Shown here piece by piece: positions 8,382 to 18,150 of a stretch of 64,000 nucleotides of DNA (position 1 is the first letter of the stretch; each line of letters starts with the position of its first letter). The stretch spans positions 42,105 through 106,104 of the forward strand of contig CAWIYY010000015.1 of NCBI GenBank assembly GCA_963840435.1, read 5' to 3'. The notes under the pieces were generated by a model that was given only the letters and a program-made list of their open reading frames with translations, did no database searches and had not been told where the DNA came from. The translations under genes and the position numbers were made by a program. Source of the DNA: an uncultured Acidimicrobiaceae bacterium. Its GTDB lineage: Bacteria > Actinomycetota > Acidimicrobiia > Acidimicrobiales > RAAP-2.

Positions 8382-9320
8382 GTGTCGGACGCCGCCCTTT
8401 CTCTCGATGCACTGGCTGTCACTGCGGTGGTCCTCACCCACCGCAGGCCGCGACTTGCAGGTGACGTCGTCCGGAGCCTGCTCCATGACGAGGGTTTCTC
8501 CCCCGGACGGATCGTGGTTGTGGTCAATGGCAGTGGTGGGCTCGACGACCCTGCCCTCGAAGCCTCGGTGCAGATGGTCTGGCTGGAGGAGAACTTCGGG
8601 CCGGCGGCTGGGTTCGGAGCGGGCATCCTGCACGCCTTTGCCGATCCGGGCACCCGCTGGGCCTACCTCTGTGAGGATGACATCGGCCTTTTTGGACTGC
8701 CCACCCCTCGGGTCGCCGAGCTCGTGCGCCGCGTGGAAAGCGACCCCGCCCTCGTTGATACGGGCGCGGTAGTGGCCTATGGGCGGCGGTTCGTGGGCCG
8801 AGGTCATTCGGAGAACGTTGTTCCGGGCGCCGGTGATCCGGAGCTCGTCCCGGTGGATGTGGCGGCCTGGGGGGCCACCCTGCTCAGCCGTCGGGTGCTC
8901 GAGCGAGGCGTGCTCCCCGACACTGAGTGGTATTTCGGCTACGAGGATTTCGATTTCTTCTGCCGGGTCAGGGCCTGCGGTCTCCCGGTCCTTGTGGACT
9001 CGCACTCGGCACGCGTGGCCGCCGAAGTACAGACAAACGAGGGGCGCAATGAGGCGATGGCCGGCGCCCGCCCGAAGGACTCGGAGGAGCCGTGGCGGGC
9101 GTACTACGTTGCCCGGAACTTCTTCCATCTCTCCCGTGCGCATGGCTCGCGCTCATGGACGGCGTGGCACTTCGCGTACTCGGCGCGTCGCATCCAGTTG
9201 GCGTCGAGCGCCGAGGAACGGATGGCAACGGTCCTCGGGCTGCTTGACGGGATGAGAGGCCGGCTGGGAGCCCATCCGCGCTTTCAGCGCAAGACGGGCG
9301 AGTTCGAACAACCCGGGTGA
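8382..9320 (+). CDS. glycosyltransferase family 2 (GT-A)
   Basis: VTAVVLTHRRP...VVVVNGSGG...ENFGPAAGFGAG...LCEDDIG is the typical rhamnosyl/galactofuranosyl-type GT2 layout with an ED(D) metal motif. Confidence 0.75.
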   Translation: MSDAALSLDALAVTAVVLTHRRPRLAGDVVRSLLHDEGFSPGRIVVVVNGSGGLDDPALEASVQMVWLEENFGPAAGFGAGILHAFADPGTRWAYLCEDDIGLFGLPTPRVAELVRRVESDPALVDTGAVVAYGRRFVGRGHSENVVPGAGDPELVPVDVAAWGATLLSRRVLERGVLPDTEWYFGYEDFDFFCRVRACGLPVLVDSHSARVAAEVQTNEGRNEAMAGARPKDSEEPWRAYYVARNFFHLSRAHGSRSWTAWHFAYSARRIQLASSAEERMATVLGLLDGMRGRLGAHPRFQRKTGEFEQPG

Positions 9321-9368
9321 TTTCTCCGGCGTGACGCCGCGTCGGTCGCCCGATCTTTCGTCAGGAGA

Positions 9369-11387
9369 TCATTGTCGGCGGGAGGACTTCGACAGCTGAT
9401 CCTTCTGCATATTCGTCATCACCAGTCCCAACACCGGTGGTCGGCGTTGTGTCAGCAGCCTTTGTGTCCGAAGGCCGTCCTGCACCGTGGTGTGCCAGCT
9501 CTCGCAGACCACGACGACGAGGTCGACCACGGGCAAGAGTGCGGCTCCATCCTGTGTCGAGAGGAGCGGCGCTTCGATCAAGAGCACGTCGACCACGTCG
9601 CGAGCCGCCTCAATGAGACTTCCCGCCTTGAGCGCGAGGCGGGCCGGATTGGAGAACACCGACCCCAAGGCGAGGCTCGACACACCCGGAATCTGGGAGG
9701 GTCGGGCGTTGGCCACCAATTCTGCGGCATCGGTATCGGGCATTTCGCCTTCCCAGCCCCGGAACCCCTTGCCGTCACCCTCGAACTCGGTTCGCATACC
9801 GCCGGTCGTGGCTACCAGCACCCGGTCACCGGCCTCGGCGAACACCGTTGCCAGATTGACGACGGCGAGCGACCGCGACGGTTCGTCATTGGGAGAGGTG
9901 ATCAGGATGGCGAAGCGGTGGCGACGCGGGGTGACGAGGTCAGTGCCCGCCCTGGGTACCGGGTACCGCCCCTCGGTGACTGGACCCTCGTCGGGGCCGC
10001 CTGCCATGGCCGCTCCGGTGGGCGCAGAGACCAAGGGCCGCGCCGGGGCCAGTTCGGCCGGCTCGAGTCCAACTCCGCCCCGTTTGACCCACGTGACAGA
10101 GGGGGCCGTGAGAATGGCGACGTACAGCTTGCGGTATGCCTCGGATATCGGCGAATACGGGTCCACCACGATGTCGACGACCGGGATCACCGAGGTCGAA
10201 TTCGGCCCAGCGGGGATCTCGGAGACGACGGGGAGACGGAAGACCTCCTCGGCCCGCTTGGTGGTCCGGATACGCCGATCGAGGCCGTCGAGCAGCCAGG
10301 TGGCCAGGATCCCGAGAATGAGGCCGACGAGGAAACCGATCCCGAGCCGCACCGAGTGCCGGGCCAGCAGTGACGGCTTCGAGTTGAGCATTGACGCGCT
10401 CTTGGCGGGAGTGATGACTCTGAAGCCGGACTGCGGGGTGCCCTGGGCTAGGAGGAGCTGCTGTCTGGCCTGCGCGTGAGCGAGCTCGTTGATGAGGACA
10501 TTTTTCTCAGCCTTGACCGTCGCCGAGACCCCCGGAGTGGTTGTCGTCGTCAGACCGGGAACCAGTGTCGTGGGCGCTCCTGGGACAGTCGTGGCAGCGA
10601 CCAGCCCTAACCCGGGAAGTGTCGACGGTGTCCCGGCGACGGGCCGGAACGAGGTGAGCTGCGCAGATCGGCCGGGAACCGCCAGGGAGGACTTGGCGGT
10701 CGTACTGGTTGTCGTCGGGGCGGTGGTAACAGGAGGCCGGATCACGGTTCGCCGAACCTTGTGCCGCCTGACGGTCGGTGTGGTGGTCGCCGGCTTGATC
10801 GTGGTCGGCGTCACCGGCTTCTTCGGAAGCGCGTTGATCGCGTTCTCCAGGTTGGTGATGTACAGCTGGTTGATGAACTCCGCGTTCTTGGTCGAATTCG
10901 AGAACTGGAGCTGGGAGTAGCTGTCGAGAGCGGTCACGAAGGCGTTTGTCATGCTGACCGCTTTGGCTTTGGTCGGCTGGAGGACCCCGACCTGGAGGAT
11001 GGCCGAACCGCCCTTCTTCGCACCGCCGCCCGCTCCAGCCTGCTTGGCCGCGGCTTTGGCCTCCTTGCTGATCTGGGCTTTGCCGATCACCACCTCGCTC
11101 TGGAGCTTCTTCGTGACCGGTACTCCGTCGGCCGTCGCTGCCGCGTCGACCACCGCCGGCTCGTGAGCGTAGAACTCGAGCTGCTTCACTCCGAGCTTGG
11201 CTCCCAGGTTGTTCCCCTTGGCGGGTGGGTTGAGCCCCACCTCCGCACTGGCCAGCCAGGTGGGCGTGGGGAACGTGGAGGACGTGTGCACCGGGATGAG
11301 GACCGCAACTACCATGCACACGAGCACGAAGGGGATGAGCACCGGCCAGCGACGGATCGGCGCTCGCAAATAGGAAATCGGCTCCAA
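9369..11387 (-). CDS. polysaccharide co-polymerase (Wzz-like) fused to a degenerate BY-kinase-like P-loop domain
   Basis: 672 aa. N-terminal TM, a periplasmic-type region with a Pro/Thr-rich tract, and a second TM (LGIGFLVGLILGILATWLL). Then DPYSPISEAYRKL and FAILITSPNDEPSRSLAVVNLATVFAEAGDRVLV, which is colinear with CpsD/Wzc kinase domains. Confidence 0.75.
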   Translation of the reverse strand: MEPISYLRAPIRRWPVLIPFVLVCMVVAVLIPVHTSSTFPTPTWLASAEVGLNPPAKGNNLGAKLGVKQLEFYAHEPAVVDAAATADGVPVTKKLQSEVVIGKAQISKEAKAAAKQAGAGGGAKKGGSAILQVGVLQPTKAKAVSMTNAFVTALDSYSQLQFSNSTKNAEFINQLYITNLENAINALPKKPVTPTTIKPATTTPTVRRHKVRRTVIRPPVTTAPTTTSTTAKSSLAVPGRSAQLTSFRPVAGTPSTLPGLGLVAATTVPGAPTTLVPGLTTTTTPGVSATVKAEKNVLINELAHAQARQQLLLAQGTPQSGFRVITPAKSASMLNSKPSLLARHSVRLGIGFLVGLILGILATWLLDGLDRRIRTTKRAEEVFRLPVVSEIPAGPNSTSVIPVVDIVVDPYSPISEAYRKLYVAILTAPSVTWVKRGGVGLEPAELAPARPLVSAPTGAAMAGGPDEGPVTEGRYPVPRAGTDLVTPRRHRFAILITSPNDEPSRSLAVVNLATVFAEAGDRVLVATTGGMRTEFEGDGKGFRGWEGEMPDTDAAELVANARPSQIPGVSSLALGSVFSNPARLALKAGSLIEAARDVVDVLLIEAPLLSTQDGAALLPVVDLVVVVCESWHTTVQDGLRTQRLLTQRRPPVLGLVMTNMQKDQLSKSSRRQ

Positions 11388-11786
11388 CGCTCAGCCTCCG
11401 GAAACGGGGTGTGACCGGAGCCACCCCTTGAGTTTGTCGCCCCTCATGGATGCGAAGAGCACGGCTGCGGATACTAATCGCCGGAATTCCTAGAGAGAAT
11501 TCGCCCCTGCGCAGCTGAATCGGGTCGAGTAAGCTCTCGAGCAGCTGCGGTTGGCAACTGCGGTGCATGGCGATGCAATCAGGTGGCGCTCAGCTCGGCT
11601 GTGGCGAAAGAGGGCAAATACGCGGCGTTCTCGTTTCGATAGCGCGCGGTCGTGACGACTTTGTGATTCGGGTGAAATCCATGCGTTTTGTGTGGGTGCA
11701 GGAGGTGCTTGTTGTGCAAACCGGCCGTGAACACGGCGAAACCGCAAAGTTAATCTTTGATGTCCTGCACATTTCTCCTGCATAGG

Positions 11787-11824
11787 TACTTCAATGACAC
11801 TTGACCGTGCCTGCTACTTCAATG
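11787..11824 (+). repeat. direct repeat TACTTCAATG x2 (28-nt period) in a low-GC divergent intergenic region
   Basis: TACTTCAATG occurs at 11787-11796 and 11815-11824, upstream of the dehydratase gene. Confidence 0.6.
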
Positions 11825-11948
11825 CAATGTGAAAGCGCGTGCGGACCAAATCAGAGGGGGTGGAGGAGGTGCGGGGTGACGTACAAGCACCGGCTGGTTT
11901 CCGACTCGAAGACGAACCGCGCGTCCAGGCCCAGCCCCACCAGGGGTT

Positions 11949-13919
11949 TTGATGGCTGACAGGAGCGAGAGGCCCGCGTCGGGCACCGTGCGCATCAGTC
12001 TTCTGGCCACAAAGGTCCGGTCGAGGATGGTGTTCTTCTTCATGGACGCAGCGGTCGTGGTGGCCGCTTTCGGTATCGCCGAGGTTGTGTCACTGCGAGA
12101 TCGAGCTCCTGCGGACTACTGGCCCAAGTTCCTGTTATTCCTCTTAATTACATTGTTCGTGCAATTGGGTGCCAATCGAGTGTTCGGTTTGTACGGAAGG
12201 ATCTGGCGTCACGCCGGCATCGAGGAGGCCCGCAACATCGCCATGGCCTGCCTGGTAACCCTGGCCATCCTGCTTGCCCTCTATCCCATCGGATTCGAGA
12301 TGCACCTGACCCGGGTGCCCCTGCAGGTGATCCCACTTGGTTGTGCTCTCACCCTCCTCGGGATCGGGCTCCTTCGGTTCCACTCACGTCTGCTCGGCTG
12401 GCAGCGAGCCAACCGGGGCATGGGGATCCGAGTGGCCGTGGTCGGCAGCAAGGATGCGGGAGCCGCCGTCATCCGAGGCATGCTGCGCAACCCTGGCGCC
12501 GGCATGTTCCCCGTCGCGGTCATCGACGACGACGAGCGCACGCACGGGCTGTCGCTCATGGGGGTGCCGGTCGTCGGATCTATCGACGATCTGCCCGCGG
12601 CGATCGAGAAGTTGCAGATCCAGCAGGTGCTCCTGGCCATTCCCAATCCCTCGACGGCGACCGTCGAGCGCTGCGTCCGGGCCAGTGAGGACGCGGAGAT
12701 CGTGATGAAGATCGTGCCGGACTTGTCCGACATCGTCAGCTCCCTCTCCGGCTCCATTTCCGAGCCCTCGGTCTCCATCCGATCGGCTCGCGAACCGCGG
12801 ATCGAGGATCTCCTTGGTCGCCGTGAGGTGGTCACCGATTTGGCGACGGTGAGGAACGCGCTTGACGGTCGGCGGGTTCTGGTCACTGGGGCAGGAGGCT
12901 CAATCGGATCCGAGATCTGCCGACAGGTGTCAGGCTTCGGGCCTGACGTGCTGGTGATGCTCGACCACGACGAGACCCACCTGCACGAAGCGTCGGCGAC
13001 CACCTCGGCAAGTTGCAAGGTGGAGCAGGTCCTGATCGACGTGTCCAACCGCGAAGCGGTGATGGACGCGTTCATCCGCTGGCAGCCCGATGTCGTCTTC
13101 CACGCGGCCGCCCACAAGCACGTCCCCATCCTCGAGACGCACGTCGTCGAGGCGGTCACCACCAACGTGTTGGGAACACGAAATGTGCTCGATGCCGCCA
13201 CTGAAGTTGGGACGGAGCGATTCGTCTTCGTGTCGACGGACAAGGCTGTCCGCCCGTCGAGCGTGATGGGTGCCACAAAACGGGTGGGAGAGCGTCTGCT
13301 GCTCGACCGTGCTCCGGATGGCGCCGCCTTCTGTGCGGTCCGCTTCGGCAATGTCCTCGGCAGTCGGGGCAGCGTCATCCCCACCTTCCAGCGCCAGATC
13401 GCTGCCGGTGGTCCCGTGACAGTGACCGACCCTCACATGACCCGGTACTTCATGAGTGTGGAGGAAGCCGTGCAGCTCGTCCTCCAGTCATCCGTGCTGG
13501 CCGAGGGGGGCGATATCTACATGCTCGAGATGGGTGAACCTGTCTCCATCCTCGATCTGGCGCATCGGATGATCCGACTTTCCGGGCTCCAGCCCGGGCT
13601 CGACATCCGCATCCGGATCACCGGACCTCGAATCGGAGAGAAGCTTCACGAGCAGCTGCACAGCTCGAGCGAGGATCTCTCACCGACGTTGCATCCCTCC
13701 ATCCTGCGCCTTCTCTCGCCAGAGATCGACACGTCGGAGGGACTCAACGAGGGAGTGTCGGAACTGGGACTTGCTGCGGCAGATCGGAACGAGGTTCGAG
13801 CCCGGCGGATTCTCTTCGACATGGTGTCCGAGCACACCGCCGACGAGCGCCTCGAACTGAACGACGTCAGGGGGCGGGAGCCGATCGCGTTCGCGGTCGA
13901 TAATGAAATCTCGGCGTGA
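11949..13919 (+). CDS. membrane-bound UDP-N-acetylhexosamine 4,6-dehydratase (CapD/PglF/WbpM family)
   Basis: 656 aa. Four to five N-terminal TM helices, then VAVVGSKDAGA and VLVTGAGGSIGSEICRQV Rossmann motifs, and STDKAVRPSSVMGATKR. Confidence 0.85.
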   Translation: MMADRSERPASGTVRISLLATKVRSRMVFFFMDAAVVVAAFGIAEVVSLRDRAPADYWPKFLLFLLITLFVQLGANRVFGLYGRIWRHAGIEEARNIAMACLVTLAILLALYPIGFEMHLTRVPLQVIPLGCALTLLGIGLLRFHSRLLGWQRANRGMGIRVAVVGSKDAGAAVIRGMLRNPGAGMFPVAVIDDDERTHGLSLMGVPVVGSIDDLPAAIEKLQIQQVLLAIPNPSTATVERCVRASEDAEIVMKIVPDLSDIVSSLSGSISEPSVSIRSAREPRIEDLLGRREVVTDLATVRNALDGRRVLVTGAGGSIGSEICRQVSGFGPDVLVMLDHDETHLHEASATTSASCKVEQVLIDVSNREAVMDAFIRWQPDVVFHAAAHKHVPILETHVVEAVTTNVLGTRNVLDAATEVGTERFVFVSTDKAVRPSSVMGATKRVGERLLLDRAPDGAAFCAVRFGNVLGSRGSVIPTFQRQIAAGGPVTVTDPHMTRYFMSVEEAVQLVLQSSVLAEGGDIYMLEMGEPVSILDLAHRMIRLSGLQPGLDIRIRITGPRIGEKLHEQLHSSSEDLSPTLHPSILRLLSPEIDTSEGLNEGVSELGLAAADRNEVRARRILFDMVSEHTADERLELNDVRGREPIAFAVDNEISA

Positions 13920-14911
13920 CGCTCACGGAGATCCTTGTCGGGATCGCGGGCCACGGGCTTAATCCGTCACTCCGCCCACTGCTCGAGCAGCCGCTCGACG
14001 CAGAATCCTGGCAGGCCTTCGTCACCAAGCTTGATCAGCTGATGCTGTCGACCTTCGCCCTTGCGGCTTGCGAACAGGGAACCCTGGCCGTCACAGAGCC
14101 GCAGCTCGAGGACCTGAGGACTCGCACGACCCAGGCCACAGAGCGTTGCCAGAGGGCGGCGGGCAGTCTGGAGGCGGTTGTCACAACTCTCGACCAGTAC
14201 GGCCTGGACGCCTGCGTGCTGCACGGCGCGGCCACCTCGGGACTCGACTATCCCGACAGCCACCTCCGGCTCTACGAATCCGTGCACGTCTTGGTCGACC
14301 ACGAACATCACGACGAGGCCGTTGACGTTCTCCGTACTGCCGGGGTGATCCGGCCCCCCAGCGTCCACGCGCGGGCCCGGCGCCGCCGAGACGTCTGGCA
14401 TCGGACGACCAGCGGGGTGGAAGTCGGTCTCTACCGGGCGATCACGCCAGGCCGGTTCGGTGGGGCGATTGAGTCCAAGGACCTGCTGGCGAACCGGGTC
14501 TGGTTCACCCCGAGGACCGCTCCGGACGGAGCCGCCCTCAGCGCATTGGGCACCGAGGAGCGGATGATCGCTGCCTGTATCCATGCGCGCTTCGACCGCT
14601 CGATCTCCAACCTTCTGGTCCAGCGCGACGTCGTGCAACTGGTCTTGCGCGACGATCTCTCTATGCGCCGGGTGGAGCACCTGCGCAACGAGTGGCGGGT
14701 TGAGGCCATTCTGGCCGACGCCGTACGCCGGGCCTGGGAGACCTTTTCCGTGCCCGATGTGGTGCCGATCTCCGCCTGGAGCGGTTTTTACCAGCCGTAC
14801 CGGCGGGACCAGCGCAAGCTCGAGGCCCATCCGCTCCCGGCAACGCATCGCCGCGAGGCCAACCTTGACTACAGCTCCGCCGAGGCTGCGCCTCAGCGGT
14901 TCGAGCCCTGA
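13916..14911 (+). CDS. hypothetical protein, possibly of the uncharacterised nucleotidyltransferase (NTP_transf_5-like) family
   Basis: 331 aa in a high GC3 frame. The GTG overlaps the upstream stop. LHGAATSGLDYPDSHLRLYESVHVLV resembles the LKG..Y....R..D-D-LV core of that family, but without the acidic pair. Confidence 0.45.
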   Translation: MTLTEILVGIAGHGLNPSLRPLLEQPLDAESWQAFVTKLDQLMLSTFALAACEQGTLAVTEPQLEDLRTRTTQATERCQRAAGSLEAVVTTLDQYGLDACVLHGAATSGLDYPDSHLRLYESVHVLVDHEHHDEAVDVLRTAGVIRPPSVHARARRRRDVWHRTTSGVEVGLYRAITPGRFGGAIESKDLLANRVWFTPRTAPDGAALSALGTEERMIAACIHARFDRSISNLLVQRDVVQLVLRDDLSMRRVEHLRNEWRVEAILADAVRRAWETFSVPDVVPISAWSGFYQPYRRDQRKLEAHPLPATHRREANLDYSSAEAAPQRFEP

Positions 14912-14925
14912 AGGACACAGGGCTG

Positions 14926-16254
14926 ATGTCAAACGGACTTCCCTTCCGGGGCGGACACAGAGGAAGCGGCGAGCGCCCACGCAAGGTGGTGATCCTCGGC
15001 CAGGGTTACGTAGGTCTGCCTGTGGCCATGCGATCGGTCGAGGTCGGCCACGATGTCGTCGGTTTCGATCTCGACGAGGCAAGGGTCAAGGCCCTGTCCG
15101 ACGGTGAGTCGTTCGTGACCGATGTCTCCTCGGAGGAAGTAGCAGACGCGCTGGCGACCGGCCGTTATCGGGCGACGAGCGACGAGAACGAGCTCAGCGG
15201 CTTCGACGTGGCGGTGATCGATGTCCCGACCCCCCTGCGTGAGGGCGTACCCGACCTCTCGCACGTCGAGGCGGCCAGCCGGATGCTCGGACGGCATCTC
15301 CGGGTTGGCTCGGTCGTGATCCTCGAGTCAACGACGTATCCCGGAACCACCGAAGAGCTCGTTCGACCGATCCTCGAGTCCGCGTCCGGCTTGATCGCCG
15401 GTACCGACTTCCATCTCGGCTACAGCCCGGAGCGGATCGACCCGGGGAATGAGACCTGGACCTTCATCAACACGCCGAAGGTCGTCTCGGGGGTGAGCAC
15501 GGCCTCGCTTGCCGCGGTCGGCGGCTTCTTTGACTCGCTCGTCGAGACGACCGTGCCGGTGGCGGGGACCCGCGAGGCCGAAATGACGAAGCTGCTCGAG
15601 AACACCTTCCGGCACGTCAACATCGCGCTCGTGAACGAGTTGGCGGTCTACGCCAGCGATCTCGGGATCGATGTGTGGGCCGCATTGGATGCCGCGGCCA
15701 CCAAGCCCTTCGGTTTTCTCTCGTTCAAGCCCGGGCCGGGTGTCGGAGGGCATTGCCTGCCGATCGACCCGAGCTATCTGTCGTGGCGGGTCCGGCGCTC
15801 GCTCGGACAGACGTTCCGTTTCGTCGAGCTCGCGAACGACGTGAACGAGCACATGCCGGACTACGTCGTCAAGCGATTAGCCGAAGGTCTGAACCGGGCG
15901 CGCAAACCCCTCAACGGCAGTCGGGTGCTGGTGCTCGGGTTCGCCTACAAGCGGAACACCGGAGACGCCCGCGAGAGCCCGGGCCGGACGATTGTGCAGT
16001 TGCTCCGCCGCACCGGCGCTGTCGTCCGGGTGGCCGATCCTCACGTCGGCGGACTGGGACTGCTGGAGGACGAGCTCGAGGACGGGACGCCAGCCGCACT
16101 CGTGACGCTCAACGATGCCGAGGTTGATGCAGCGGACGCTGTCGTCCTCGTGACGGACCACGATGTCTTCGATCTCGACCGGGTGGCCGCCCGGGCCGCT
16201 TACGTGCTCGATACTCGGGGCCGGATCTCCGGTCCGAACGTGGAGCGGCTCTAG
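14926..16254 (+). CDS. nucleotide-sugar dehydrogenase (UDP-ManNAc/GlcNAc dehydrogenase-like)
   Basis: VVILGQGYVGLPVA Rossmann motif, GYSPERIDPGN, GGHCLPIDP catalytic Cys motif, AYKRNTGDARESP. Confidence 0.85.
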   Translation: MSNGLPFRGGHRGSGERPRKVVILGQGYVGLPVAMRSVEVGHDVVGFDLDEARVKALSDGESFVTDVSSEEVADALATGRYRATSDENELSGFDVAVIDVPTPLREGVPDLSHVEAASRMLGRHLRVGSVVILESTTYPGTTEELVRPILESASGLIAGTDFHLGYSPERIDPGNETWTFINTPKVVSGVSTASLAAVGGFFDSLVETTVPVAGTREAEMTKLLENTFRHVNIALVNELAVYASDLGIDVWAALDAAATKPFGFLSFKPGPGVGGHCLPIDPSYLSWRVRRSLGQTFRFVELANDVNEHMPDYVVKRLAEGLNRARKPLNGSRVLVLGFAYKRNTGDARESPGRTIVQLLRRTGAVVRVADPHVGGLGLLEDELEDGTPAALVTLNDAEVDAADAVVLVTDHDVFDLDRVAARAAYVLDTRGRISGPNVERL

Positions 16255-17220
16255 GTGGACGTACTCGTCACGGGCGGCGCGGGCTTCATCGGCTCGCACG
16301 TCTGCCGATCCCTCCGTGGAAGCGGCCTGGCTGGGCGCCTCCTCGTGCTCGACGACTTCTCGACCGGGCTCGAATCCAATTTCCGCGGGATCGAGGGTGT
16401 CGAGATCCACCGGGGAAGCGTGCTCGACGAGGCGCTGGTGGCCAGCCTGGTGGGCGAGGTAGGGGCGATTGTGCACCTTGCTGCGGTGCCCGCGGTGGCG
16501 CGGTCCCTGCAGAATCCACGAGGCAGTCACGATGCCAACGCCACGGGAACTGTCGTGGTCCTCGAAGCCGCTCGGCATCATTCGCGCTACGTGATCGTCG
16601 CCTCATCCTCGTCTGTGTACGGGCGGAAGGTGTCCCTTCCAACGTCAGAAGACCATCCGACCAGGCCGGCCAGCCCCTATGCCGCGAGCAAGCTCGCCGC
16701 CGAGTCCTACACGATGTCCTATGCCCGCTCGTTCGGGACAAAGGTCCTCGCCCTGAGGTTCTTCAATGTCTTCGGGCCCTTCCAGCGGGCTGATCACGCC
16801 TACGCCGCCGTGATTCCCGCCTTTGTCGCAGCGGCGCTCGAGGGCAGACCGCTCTCGGTCCACGGCGACGGGACCCAGACCCGAGACTTCACCTATGTTG
16901 GTGATGTGATGGCGGTGATCACTGATGCCCTGTGCCGGGAGGTGACCACCGATTCACCCGTCAATCTGGCCTTCAGTACCAACACATCCCTACTCACGCT
17001 CATCGACGAGCTCGAGGCGCTCCTCGACCGTCCACTCGAGCGCGAGCACGGCCCGTCACGAGGCGGCGACGTCCACGACTCCCAGGCCGATTGCTCCAGG
17101 CTCCAGGCGCTCTTCCCGTCGGTGCACGCGACGCCGCTCCGTGACGGACTGCGCTCGACCGTTGACTGGTTCCGCCAGATCGATGGTGACGCCGCAAACG
17201 CCACGGCGGCGCGGACGTGA
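16255..17220 (+). CDS. NAD-dependent nucleotide-sugar epimerase/dehydratase (SDR)
   Basis: VLVTGGAGFIGSH; SSSSVYG...YAASKLAAE (YxxxK). Confidence 0.85.
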   Translation: MDVLVTGGAGFIGSHVCRSLRGSGLAGRLLVLDDFSTGLESNFRGIEGVEIHRGSVLDEALVASLVGEVGAIVHLAAVPAVARSLQNPRGSHDANATGTVVVLEAARHHSRYVIVASSSSVYGRKVSLPTSEDHPTRPASPYAASKLAAESYTMSYARSFGTKVLALRFFNVFGPFQRADHAYAAVIPAFVAAALEGRPLSVHGDGTQTRDFTYVGDVMAVITDALCREVTTDSPVNLAFSTNTSLLTLIDELEALLDRPLEREHGPSRGGDVHDSQADCSRLQALFPSVHATPLRDGLRSTVDWFRQIDGDAANATAART

Positions 17221-17248
17221 CTCCATCCGTCATCCTGATTCGCCGGCA

Positions 17249-18133
17249 ATGATCTACGTCGCCACCGTCCACTGGAACGACCCGAAGTGGATCGCGCCGC
17301 AGCGAAGAGCACTCGCTGCGCAGATGCAGGAGCCATTTCGCGTGTTCGCCAACCTGCAAGGCATCGAACCCGCCTACGACAGGTACTTCGATTCGGTTAC
17401 CCGGGGCGAGGGGAACCACCCGCAAAAGTTGAACGATCTGGCGGACGCCATCACGAATGAAGCCCAACCCGAGGATCTCATTCTGTTCCTCGACGGAGAC
17501 GCCTTTCCGGTTCGAGGGCTCGATTCCTGGCTGCGCGAGCTCTTGCGCGAGCATCGCCTGGCTGCAGTTCGGCGCGACGAGAACGCTGGCGACATTCAGC
17601 CGCATCCGTGTTTCTGCGTGACCTCAGTCGGGTTCTGGAACGAGATCGGCGGGGACTGGCGCCATGGTTCATGGATCACCGCCGAAGGCGCGACCGCGTC
17701 GGATGTTGGCGGCACCCTGCTGTCAACCTTGAAGGCGCGGTCGATCCCCTGGCGTCCCATCCTGCGCTCCAACGCGGTCAATCTCCATCCGGTCTTCTAC
17801 GGCCTCTACGAGGGTCACATCTATCACCACGGATCGGGTTTCCGACCGGCCATTTCTCGAGCCGACGAGACAAACGTGCCGGTGGCCCAAAACAAGGACT
17901 ACCTGTTCTGGCGCACACGGGCGCACGCCAGATCGCTCCGCGAAATCCGGCCGCGGCATGCCCGGCACTTGTTCCTCATGGCCCGTGACGGCGTGCGGGC
18001 TCGAAAGCTCAATGCCTACATACGTAAAGAGGGGAGGCGGTCGAACGAGATCTACGACCAGCTGTGTTCCGACCCCGATTTCTTCCGACAGTTCGAGCAG
18101 GCCGACACCAGCTCGCTGGTGGCCGGAGGCTGA
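17249..18133 (+). CDS. hypothetical protein, possible GT-A-like glycosyltransferase
   Basis: ATG 17249 (MIYVATVHWNDP). LILFLDGDAFPV is DxD-like. High GC3. No firm family assignment. Confidence 0.45.
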   Translation: MIYVATVHWNDPKWIAPQRRALAAQMQEPFRVFANLQGIEPAYDRYFDSVTRGEGNHPQKLNDLADAITNEAQPEDLILFLDGDAFPVRGLDSWLRELLREHRLAAVRRDENAGDIQPHPCFCVTSVGFWNEIGGDWRHGSWITAEGATASDVGGTLLSTLKARSIPWRPILRSNAVNLHPVFYGLYEGHIYHHGSGFRPAISRADETNVPVAQNKDYLFWRTRAHARSLREIRPRHARHLFLMARDGVRARKLNAYIRKEGRRSNEIYDQLCSDPDFFRQFEQADTSSLVAGG

Positions 18134-18150
18134 ACCCACCCGACCGGGGG

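Noticed and set aside
14890-14910. GGTTCGAGCCC string resembling a tRNA T-arm
   Set aside because: The flanks do not form a T-stem or acceptor stem, and the string lies inside the coding frame of ORF 13916-14911. No tRNA could be folded here or anywhere else in the window.
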